Origin: Mizuhopecten yessoensis
Lineage: Eukaryota
Assembly (NCBI RefSeq): GCF_002113885.1
Contig: NW_018408848.1
Coordinates: forward strand, 868,502 to 932,501
DNA length: 64,000 nt
Direction: 5' to 3'
Under the pieces are notes generated by a model, which saw nothing but the letters and a program-made list of their open reading frames with translations, was not told the DNA's origin and searched no databases. Numbering within the stretch: the stretch's first letter is position 1; the number at the start of each line of letters is the position of its first letter. This document shows positions 1 to 11,185 of this stretch, piece after piece. The position numbers and the translations under genes were made by a program.

Positions 1-67
1 CACCCTATAGTATCCCCCCACCCTATAGTATCCCACTCCCTCCCACCCTATAGGACCAGACTATAAC

Positions 68-101
68 CACGGACTTAGATAACATCTAATCTAATTCCGT
101 G
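68..101. mobile_element. 34-bp palindromic mini-element (CACGGA...TCCGTG) with 7-bp TSD CTATAAC
   Basis: CTATAAC at 61-67 and 102-108 flanks an imperfect palindrome; CA-start termini with a 7-bp TSD resemble the P superfamily. Confidence 0.6.
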
Positions 102-688
102 CTATAACTTTAGGTGCCCAAAACTAGACTAGTGTCCATGTATTCACTATTCTGATGCATAATGCTTCCATAATATGTATATACGTTTACGTTATATTGG
201 CATCTTAATCGTTGGATTGGGATCAAGAAAGGGATTATATGTATCCATGTGGAAAGCTCACCAGAAAATGGAAAAAGGGAAATTGAATGCTCACTGAAGC
301 AGTGAAATGCTTGACTATGGGTAGAATATAGCGTATCAATTCTGAGGTATGATGTTTAAGATGTTACTCATCATTATACCTACACTTTGGTATGTGCATG
401 TTAATGTACACCTACCAAGTGGTGGACATTACTACGTATTGACCAGTACGCCACAGCCAATACATGGTGGTCAGTTGTGGTCATTTCGACTAGTAGTACT
501 AGCGTTTGTTACCCGCAGGTCATTACAATTCGGGAAGTCGCTCTTACGATAACACGACAAAAATAAGTAGACATGGCGCTAGTAATAAACCTTCACGGAC
601 ACAGACGACGAAAATTCTAAAACATGGAGAAAAGAGGACAATAAGCACTAAACAAACCATCGAGTTCAGACACGACAGCCAGCCTACT

Positions 689-948
689 ACAGTAATGGAT
701 CCGTACTAAACATATACTAAAACATCGGATACATATCTATATACGACAGTAATGGATCCGTACTAAACATATACTAAAACATCGGATACATATCTAGACA
801 CGACAGTAATGGATCCGTACTAAACCTATACTAAAACACCGGATACATATCTAGAAACGACAGANCCGTACTAAACATATACTAAAACGTCGGATACATA
901 TCTAGACACGATACTAATGGATCCGTACTAAACATATACTAAAACGTT
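689..948. repeat. 57-bp tandem repeat, ~4.5 copies, interrupted by an N
   Basis: ACAGTAATGGATCCGTACTAAACATATACTAAAACATCGGATACATATCTAGACACG units start at 689, 746, 803, 860 (short, contains N) and 911. Confidence 0.9.
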
Positions 949-2395
949 GGTAGAGACAACACAGAGACATTAATTGAATTACCATCAAGAGACAAAAAAA
1001 TACAATTTTGCGTAAAACATTATTATTATTCTCTTTATTGCCTCCAAAGATGAATATTACAAAGTAATGTGTAACATATATACTAAGTATTTGGTACATA
1101 TATACACGATACTTAAAGTGTAAAATAATAGAATATTTTAGAGTATACCTAAAAAGTTTCAATATACAGATTGTATATTGATTTGCACAAGCCAAGTAAA
1201 TTATAATAAAATGTATTGATACGTGGTGGGTAATACTGATACATGACTTTGCATAGACATCAACGTATCAACAATCAGAACCAGCAAAATATAGATAAAA
1301 GGGTATACTACAAAATTGTATAAAACGGAGAGTATTTACCTGTTGTCACTCCTGTCCTGGTCCAGTATACTGACCTGTAAGAACCCAATACAGGTGTGTG
1401 AGGTGAAAAATAGCGGAGGGTCAATCAACCGAATCGAATCTCTAGTCCTGACCTAGATCTATACACACGTGTGCGAGAGGTAAGCAAACAATAGTTCACG
1501 GTTAACAATAGTGGTCGGTTGAACTAAAACCACACCAATCTGGTCTAATTTTCTTGTTACTAAATATAGACACACAAACGCCTGGTTTGGAATATAGCTG
1601 TCACTACACAACAAAAGTTCTAAAAATCACATTTATATTTTAAGGAATTTCAGGTTTAAATAAGAGAGATTTTTTTACGTCGTTTTTCACGGCCAAAACC
1701 CCCAGCTATCTTTTCCCACAAAAGTAAAGAAATAAAATACAAATTAATAAGTAAGAAATTTTGTTTTAACTTTGGTAAATTGTTTTTGTACAAACTATAA
1801 TTATAGTAGCTACAATACATGCAGCATAATTTTACAAAATAGAATATCACATACAGGAATGTAGTTGAGATATACTGAAGAAGCATATGTTAAATTAGGA
1901 AATTTAGTTGAACATGTTCATATTCAGTTATAGTGGCCATATCACTACTGATTTTACTTTAATTTGTATGTTTTGATGAGTTTACAAGGATAACACTTGG
2001 CTTTGTTCATTTACATTTGACTTCTGGGCAATGTAATAGAATCTTGAAACAGTTAGAAGCAGTTGTTTAACAATATGAGAAAAATCTAAGACTCCATGTG
2101 AAATTGAAAGTGGTTCACTGCCGTTCGTTTGAACTTCTTAGATAACCCCTCATCTTAGTTGCTATTGGCCAAACTTTTTCATCCTCTTGGGTATTCAGGA
2201 ATGTTTTTTAAACGGTTTTAACATAATTGACCTCTATATTAATGCATGACCTTGATATTGTGTCGATTTTATTCATTCGAATAAACTTGATACACGTCCC
2301 AGTATGCTTTTTGCCAAATATCACAATCCTAGTACAAAAACTGAAGGTTATATTTTTGAATAACAATGCACCAAAACTTTAATCATAAGTCCTCA

Positions 2396-2426
2396 CAGGG
2401 ACAGTATATAGGTGTATACGTCCCTG
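2396..2426. mobile_element. 31-bp palindromic mini-element (CAGGGAC...GTCCCTG) with 7-bp TSD GTCCTCA
   Basis: GTCCTCA at 2389-2395 and 2427-2433; perfect 7-bp inverted termini. Confidence 0.65.
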
Positions 2427-4319
2427 GTCCTCATTGTGATCAAGCAGATGTCAGACTCCAATCGCTTGATCTAACAAATTCTATCCAAAATTAGGAGTTA
2501 CCTCCCGTTGAACGATACACACTATATAAGACTAAGACCACAATTAATTTTACTATATGTTTCATTGTAACATTTAATTTCATAACAAACTCCCAATATC
2601 CGATAGCCAACTTTCCATCTAACCTGGTCAAGAGCAACATCTTGGGAATAAAATATCAAATTTCAACATAGCATGTTGGCCTTTTTCTTGAGATAATCGT
2701 CTGCATGTGTCACCAATGTCAAAAATAAACATCCGGGTCAGGGGTAGAGGTAAACACAGGACTTTTCACGCAGCATCCTGCACCAAAAAATAAATGCACA
2801 ATACAAAAATTTGACACAGAAATTGTTAGATTGATATCTCCACAGTATTTTAGCACCAAAGTTTTACACAAACACCAAGTTCTAAGAGGCATAGTATAGT
2901 TTTTACTAAAGTACCTTTATTTCTAAGGGACTTAATTCGTGGGTACTGAACCAGGAAGCATTTAATTGTGACCTCAGTCCATATTGTGCTAAATTTGAAT
3001 TAAATTTAATATCTCAATATATTCGTTATTTTGCGTATTTAAAACTACAAACTTTCATTTAATTCATTCCACCGTGAGATGGGACTATTTTGTGTAAATT
3101 GGTATTAACTCTCCTTAACTTGTGTCAATTTAGATGAGTTCCATTTACGAAGCTTTTCCTTTGAAATCGATTGTTGTCAGATTAAATTCAAATTATTTTA
3201 ATACTTTAGGCCTTACGGCCCATATGTTCACATGCAAAATACAATTATTATCAATAACATGGCATCTATGGGAGGATGAGGTAGCTATACCTTTACAACA
3301 TATAGGAACAAAGGAACAAATACATCTAAATAGTGGTATGCTATATTCCAGGCACAGACTTATAAAATGAATATCTTTTACACGAAAATACATTATCATA
3401 GACGCGAGTGGCTACCCAGGGACTCCAGGTGGTTGGCCAATCTGTAAATCACTCAAGTCAACATATTAAATGGATGGAATAAGGTAAATTCAAATNCCCC
3501 CCCCCCCCCCCGACGAGGTTTCCATGGATATACCACTCAAGTCAACGTTATTGTAATGGAGAATAAACACTGGATTGAATTAAATTAATTATATATGCTA
3601 ATATTTCAAATTCTTCTTTTATAGATTTCCCCATACATTACATCATTACATCATTAAATTCATATAGAAATACCAGATAAGAGTATAGTATTACAAGTGC
3701 GGCAAATACTAGTCTCGTTCAACCAGACTCTTCAGATTCAGATTGTTTTATTCCTTGTGTAACACACATCGGAGAGTAGACATACAAATAGTACAGTATA
3801 TTACAAATTTACAATGATACATGGATACAATAATATTCATTAATCTTGCAGTACTTCAAAATGACATATAATAAGAGACAACATTTTACACTGCAATACA
3901 CCAACATCGTAAGGTTCCGATACAGTGCAAGCATAACAATAGTATAACTTTCAATGACGTACGTTACAGGTAATGATAACTGGATTAATATAGTTACATA
4001 CATTGTATCGCACATATGTCACGAATAAATACTCTCTAGTAGAACAGTAAAAAAAAACAATAAAATACACTGCCATAGTGTAATAAATACGATGTTACAC
4101 CTGACGTTAGTGACAGTGATATTACGATATAGAAAATACTCGTCGATGTTTCGAAGTTGTTAATTATGATTAATTTACCATATAATTTATATCACATAGG
4201 AAAGGAAATGAACGGGCACAATCACCTTTTTTTTTTCAACACAATATACACATAATACAAATATCTTATCAAATATGGTATACTGAAATGAACATTTACA
4301 GGAAAAATGAGATAAAATA

Positions 4320-7300
4320 TTATACAGTGTTATTACGACGTTTTAAACTTAAAAACAGGAATTTTCCTAATTTATTTAATTCCTTAATGTTTTGAGTAGT
4401 AAATAACTGTATCAATTTGAAAACACTTGGTCGTTTGTAATAAAAAGGCTTAATAAACTCGCGCCTTAAGTCGTTATAAAAGTTACACTTTAATATAAAA
4501 TGAAATTCGTCTTCAATATCATTAGAGTTACATAAGTTACAGAATCTTTGTTCTCTAGGAAGGTTTCTATATCTTCCCTGTTCAATATTTAAATTATGAG
4601 AGCTAAGTCTAAAGCGAGCTAAAGTCTTTTTATATGAATTATCAATTGGTTTTATTAAATATGATTGCAAAGAAAAATTGTCTATTAGATGTTGATAAAG
4701 GAATCCTTTCGGAGTTGTTTGGATATTAGTTAATATTTCCTGCCGGTAAAAGTCAAAAAGTCTTTGCTCAATGATTGTATAGATATTTCTATCATTTCTA
4801 ACATTTTCCCAAAGGTAAGTTAAACCTAATTTGTTGAGTTCTGTGCGGATATCAAGAATCCAATTATCATTTGATAAAATTCTTTCCTCGTAACATGTTT
4901 TTAAAATGCAATTATTCGAAGTTTTTAATTTTAACCAATATTTAAAAACTTTCAGTTTTCTACATACAGACAATGGTAATCTTCCTAACTCACAATAAAC
5001 TAAATTATTACACGTACTCTTCTTGACTCCGAGTAGCCTTTTACAGAAATGTAAGTGTATCTTTTCAACATCAAGAGCTTTATGAAAGCCCCATACTTCT
5101 GCACTGTAACTTAAGACGCTATTAATATAAGTGTCGAATACAGAACATTGTGTTTTGATATTAAAATTATGATTTTTGAACTTATTACAAAGCGCATAAT
5201 ATGCCTTATTACCCTGATCTGCAACATGCTTTTGAGTGACATAAAATTTACCATTGTAATTAAAGAGCATGCCTAAGTAATTAAACTGGTCGACGACTTG
5301 GAGCTCTTTAGTGTCGTAAAACCATTTTTCGTTGTTTCGTATCCCGCCACCATTCCTGAAAACTACTATTTTCGTCTTATCAGTGTTCAAATTGAGTTTG
5401 TACTTGTTATTATATGATTTCAGAGCTTCCAGAATATGTTGTAACTTTTCTGGCGTTTCTGCAAATAGCACCGTATCGTCAGCATACATTAAAAGAAAAA
5501 TGTTAATTAAATTAATTTCAATAGATGGACAACCTTCTTTTATAAAATGAATTTCACAGTCATTGACGAACATGGAGTATAAAATGGGTGACAAAATTTC
5601 ACCCTGAAATAGACCGATTGTATTTGAAAAAAAATCTGAATACAAACCATTGTGCTTTACACATGACTTAACTGAACTATACAACGATTGAATTATACGT
5701 AACATTTTCCCTCTAACACCCTGCTTAATCAATTTGCACCACATATGAGATCTGTCGATTAAGTCAAAAGCTTTCTTGTAATCAACAAAGCAACAGTAAA
5801 GTCTACCACCTTTTTTACTTAAATATCTATTAATTAAAGTCTGAAGTACAAATATTGCATCAACGGTTGAATGTCCGGGTCTAAAACCAAATTGAGCATC
5901 TGTTATTACATTATTTTTAACATCCCAATTAACTAGTCGCTCATTCAAAATGGAGGTAAACAACTTCCCCATGCAACTGACTAGAGTAATGCCCCTGTAA
6001 TTATTTGTATTTTCTATATCGCCTTTCTTATATACGGGGGTAATACTCCCAGTAGACCAAGCTTCAGGGAAAATCCCTAATTGAAAAATATAATTAAAAA
6101 GTTTGATTAAATATGGAACAAGTATATCATTGCAATCAATAAAAAGTTCATTAAGCATTTTGTCCTCACCACAACTTTTATTTCTACTTAACTTATGTAT
6201 TGCAGAAATAACTTCTTTTTCTGTGATATGGGAGTCGAGTTCTTCAAATACACATGATATATTATTTTCATCTAAAGTTGTTTCGCCTATCTCGTGAACT
6301 GGATTACCTTGACAACTTAAATCTTTAAAATGATTGTAGAATTTGTCAAGAGAAATTTTGTTAGAAACTTTAAATTTTCGTTTCGAAAAGTATTTATAAA
6401 AATGTTTCGGGTTGTGTTTTCTAAGATACTCCATCATATCTCCCTCCTGTCGCTGATATTCTCTCTTCAGTCTTAACTCAAATTTCTTATAATCAGTTTT
6501 TTTCTCAATTAATATTCTATGATTATCAGCAGTTTTAAAATTGTTAAATGTATGTAAGGCATCTTTGTATATCTTATATATCTGCTTACATGGAAGATTA
6601 AACCAGGGTTTATCCTCATGCTGAATACTTTTTTTCTTTGAGACATTATCAGTTATAGTTGACTTACATCTATGTACATCACACAGTGGTAAACACATCT
6701 CATTTAGAAAAGAACAAAGTTTGTCAACACATAATTCGACATCTGACTTGTTTAACAAAGGTGTAACGAGGAGTTCACTTAATACATTGATATTTTGACT
6801 AAGATTCTGTCTAATGGAGTTTACATTATCATCATTCCACTTTACATTTTCACAAACGCATCTAGCATGAGCTTGATTTCCAGGTAAATCTTCATCAAAA
6901 TGTATATCTAATCTCAATTTAAAAGATAAAGGTGAGTGATCAGACATAGTTACAAAATTACCAGACTTAAATTCTTTTACATTTTGAAAATTGTCCCCCT
7001 CAACTAAAAGGTAATCTATAAGGCTTGTACCAATAGAACTAAAGAAAGTAACACTTCCATCCGGGTCACCTGAGTGACGTCCGTTCAATATCCTAAAACT
7101 AGTAGATTTGCACAGAGACAATAACTTTCTTCCAAAAGAGTTTACAGATTTGTCCATGCTTTTCCGCTCAGTAAGATCATACACACTGTCAGATTGATAG
7201 TCAACAGCATCAAATAATACATTACCATCTTTACCCAATCCATCATTAATTATCATATCAGGTCTGGTACCAGTTCTGGCATTGAAATCTCCAGTTATGT

Positions 7301-7763
7301 ACACTTTACCATTTGATCTATAATTTATAATGGAATCTTGCAAAGTTTGAAATAAATCTATTTCTTCTGTGTTATTTTCATAGAAAACACTTTTTTCGGG
7401 GGGAAAGTAACAAAACACAATGTAGCTATAACTTAAATTTCCTTCAAGTTTTAACCATATTATGCTATCGTGAATATTTTCAACTATCGATATATTGTTT
7501 TTTAAGCAGTTTTTATAGAATATAACAATACCCCCACCGATACCAGTTTTCCTCGGGAAGACATATTTACAATAACCATCTAACTCAAATTCATCTTTCT
7601 CAGATCACCAACATTCACTGAGACACGCAATGTCATAATTGTTGATAATATCTAGAAAGTCTCTATTACAGACCTTTCCTAATAGGCCTTTACCAATGCT
7701 CCACGACAGTACCAACAGGTCTCGCTCAGCCGTATACGGTTGCGCGTCACTCTCCGCGTGATC
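4320..7763 (-). CDS. LINE A ORF2: AP endonuclease + reverse transcriptase + C-terminal Cys/His motif; one in-frame TGA at 7605-7607
   Basis: The 1032-aa ORF (4320-7418) has GDFNA, IDY, SDH, QFGFR, FVDYKKAFD, QGEILSP, YADD. The frame extends 115 codons upstream to the ORF1 stop and encodes the APE N-terminus (LLVLSWSIGKG..DIACLSECW*..GGGIVIFYK). Confidence 0.9.
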
Positions 7764-8997
7764 CTATGCACGATGATCCTCCCAAGGCCGCTGGGGGCCC
7801 CTGTTGTTGGACTGTGGATTCGCCGAAGTGGCAGGTCTGTTCATCGCGCGAGGCTGGGTTGGTGGTGAATATCTCTGACGCGGAGCAGCAGTAGGCTGTT
7901 GACGTCCTCTGTCAGGTGCTGAGATGGACCGTGTGTCCGCCTGTCCTGTAGAAAATCCACTTGATCTGCTGGTATGCTGGTTTGCGCGTTTGTTAACATA
8001 ACTGGCCTGGTCGCTGTGGGTGATCCCTGGTTGTTCCTCGTATAGCCTACCGTCTATGTACAGCCTGTCTCGGATCAGTTTTGCGGTGTTCCCAGCTTGT
8101 TTGCTACGTTTGAGGACTGGATACAACCTTTTCCTTCTTTCCTCTATTTCTGCCGGATACTGTTCATGAATGCCAAACATGGTCCCTTTCAGATGGAATG
8201 ACCTGCTTTTGACCAGTTGGAGATCTTGGTTGTACACGAATCTGGCAACAATCGGTCGGGGCTTGCCACGTATGTGCCTACCAAACCTATGGACGTTGAC
8301 AAAGTCAATCCTATGCTCAATACCAAGTTCTATATATATGAAGTCCCTGATGAGAGCCAAGGTATCCTCATTGCGGTTTTCCCCTGAAAGTCCGGTGAAA
8401 ACAAGGTTGTATTTCATAGACCTGCACTGTAGATCTAGAACAGTCTGTTTCATATTGTCGCGGTCCAGTCTGAGTGTATCAAAATCACTACAAAGTCCAC
8501 TGATGACTGCCTCCTGTTCTTTTACTGCCTCTGACAACTCCTGGTAACTAACCAAATTGGCACTGAGTTCGTCATACTGGTCCGATACAAAATTAGCTGT
8601 AGATTGGAAATCTCCACACTTCCGTTCGGCATCTGAAACACGTCTCTCAACCTCATTTACTCTGATAGTTAAACGAGAAAGATGTTCTTCAATCGTATCT
8701 AGCTTGTCTAGCTTCTCCATTTTGCTGAGTATAAAGTCAAGTTTACGGTTTGTTTCGTCGTGAAACTGATAATGACATTCGATTTCATCCTTGACTCTAA
8801 AGGTCGGTTTCGGAGTCGAAGATGGGGGGATAGGGGCCTGCTTGGTAGTGCTGCCGTACAGTACACCACTCACAGCGTTCAGTATGCTACTCACAGTCGT
8901 TCAGTATGCTACTCACAGTACCTATAGAGTTGTTACTGCTCTCGCTTTGATCTCCATCTTCTGTATCCTTCTTCTTCCTTTTCTTGCTCTTCCCCAT
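7764..8997 (-). CDS. LINE A ORF1 (coiled coil + RRM-like nucleic-acid-binding protein), frameshifted by a 22-bp duplication
   Basis: 376-aa ORF with heptad region and NLVFTGL..HRFG..PRPIVARF; ATG at 8997 (MGKSKKRKKK) joins in frame if one copy of the 8876-8919 duplication is removed (403 aa). Confidence 0.85.
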
Positions 8998-11185
8998 GTT
9001 TACACAGTTGACGTTCCAGAGGTAAGTAAAATCTCACAAACACTATAAATAGTTATGTCGCGGCTATCTACACAATCTAACAGTAGCGCGTCGATGAAGC
9101 GTGACAGATTTTCGGCCGTGCGTCGTGACGTGTCTCAGAACAGGTGAGCATCGGGGTCATGGTTCAGAACGTTCACTATATATATATATAGGCGATATAA
9201 TAAACACAGCACCCAATATAACAAAGGTACATAAGTCACAAAATAAATCACGGATACAGCTACATGCTTACGTAGTAACAACCTGCCGCCGTCTTCTGTC
9301 CAAAATAAATGTCAGAAATCATCATGAAAAGGCACAAATAATGTCGAAGAATACGGAGCTCATCCAACCTGGACACTAATGGGCGTCGCCAGTACTGTAA
9401 AATCACGGATTCGTGACTGATTACCACTGTTAAACTATAGGTGTCTCGGTACAAATTACACACTTAGTACCTCTCACGTTGATACACGCTGTTAGCATCT
9501 TGTCTCAATCTTGTTGCCTGCGCAAGCTACGCCGAATCTTGAATTACAAGTGATCAAACGTCTGGTTGAACGAGACTAGGCAAATACCAGTACTGGATAT
9601 GTCGTACAGAAATATATGATTTAAGAAAACTTACGGAATTAATTCAATTTTAGTTTATTAGCCTCGTATACAAAGTTACCTAACATACATAGTTCCTTGG
9701 TATTTTCAACACTCAACAACTGTATAAGTTTATACACTGATGGATTTGTCCAGTAGTAAAAAAAAATTGAAGCGTTTTCTTAAATTATTGTATGCATTGC
9801 ATTTCAAAATAAAGTGGTATTCATCTTCTATGTCGTTTAAATCACAAAATATGCAGAGTCTAACATTTCTGGCTATATTTCTGTGTCTTCCTGTCTCGAT
9901 TGCTAAAGTATGGACAGACAAGCGTAATTTTGTTAAAAAAAATCTATACTTCATAGGAATATACTTGCTTAAATAATATTGAATCGAAAAATGATTTACA
10001 ATATGCTAATATAAAAGGCACTTAGACGACGACTCTAACAGACTCCTTAAGTCTTGCAGTGCATGGTCGAATATTCTTTGACCTATCAGCTTTATGACAT
10101 TTTTGTATTTAATTGTCGATTGCCTCAACCATATGTCGCCGAAACCCAGTTCGAAAAGTAACTGCTTGACTTGGTTTACCCAGTTAAAGCATGTGCCAGT
10201 ATTGTTGCCTAATAAGAGTGTATATGCACTTTTTACAATACCATTTTTTGAATCAAGTAATTTAAACCAGAATTTTATCATTTGATATTTCCGTAAGTAT
10301 TCTAGAGGATAACACCCGAGTTCAAAGTATATCATTGCACTACTAATAGATTTATTTTACTTTCATGATCTGTTTACAAAAATGTAAGTGCACTTTTTCA
10401 ATGTCTAGACATTTACTTGCTCCCCATACTTCACTGACATAAAACAATATACTGTTTACATAAGTGTCAAATAGGTTTAACAAAGTTTTCACAATAAGAT
10501 TCAATGTTGAACATTTTTAGAATAAGGCAAACATAGCTTTCGCCCTTGTTCCGACAATTGTTTTTGCATGCAACTAAATTTATTATTGAAATTACAATGT
10601 AAATATGTTCTCGACTATTTCGACAACTTCACCATTTAGGTACTACAGTTCATTATTTCTCACCTTTCCGCCTCTACGGAACAACACAATCTTTGTTTTG
10701 TCTGTGATAATGGTCAGATTCTATTTCTTTGAATAATCTGCTAGATTATCGAGTAATTCTTGCAATCCTTCAATAGATTCAGAAAATGGCACCAAGTCGT
10801 CCACACATCGCATTAAAAGCAGACTCAGTTCTTCAAATTCATAGTGATTTTTACATTTGGAGATAAAAAAACGATTCAAAGTCGTTATTATACATAGAAA
10901 CATTTCGCCTTGAATTAAACCGACAGTATTGTCAAAGAAGTCCGACAAACTTCCTTTGAACTTGACACAAGATTTAACTTTAGTATATATAGACTTAATT
11001 ACATTAAACGTTTGCCTCTAACCCCTAGCTTGGACAATTTGTACCACAGATTCATTCTATCAACATAGTCAAAAGCCTTTCAGAAATCAACGAAACAACA
11101 ATAATTCGTCCGGGGCGAAATCCAAATTGAGCATCGGTTTTTACGTCATATGTTTCTGATTATGACATGCATCGTATACCATATA

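Larger units (their letters stand above)
3729..9170 (-). mobile_element. LINE A: full-length two-ORF non-LTR retrotransposon, probably RTE-X clade
   Basis: 5'UTR, ORF1, APE-RT ORF2 with C-terminal CxxC..EDEFHFILKC, ~590-nt 3'UTR ending AATAAA + (TCTGAA)2. Confidence 0.92.
3710..9578. mobile_element. Non-autonomous DNA transposon (~430 bp: 3710-3728 + 9171-9578), 19-bp TIR, 9-bp TSD; AcademH-like (or MULE-like); encloses LINE A
   Basis: TAGTCTCGTTCAACCAGAC (3710-3728) and its perfect reverse complement (9560-9578); GGCAAATAC at 3701-3709 and 9579-9587. Confidence 0.9.
3185..11157 (-). mobile_element. LINE B: decayed 5'-truncated RTE-X-like LINE (ORF2 remnant ~9640-11157; 3'UTR 3185-3700 and 9588-9640), interrupted by a MITE containing LINE A
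   Basis: Frameshifted RT/C-terminal peptides (DAQFGFRP, CFVDF, ELGCYPL, IETGRH..CIFC..EDEYHFILKC); GGCC-GTAA-GGCC hairpin at 3209-3220 and TTGAA tail; candidate TSD GATTA at 3180-3184/11158-11162. Confidence 0.75.

Noticed and set aside
3729-7607. Selenocysteine decoding of the ORF2 TGA
   Set aside because: No convincing RTGA-N11/12-AA..GA SECIS found by eye in the 3'UTR, and the position is not a known catalytic Cys
8170-9048. Plus-strand ORFs of 68-125 aa
   Set aside because: Antisense shadows of LINE ORF1; the same applies to plus-strand ORFs over TTC25-like and KLHL18 exons
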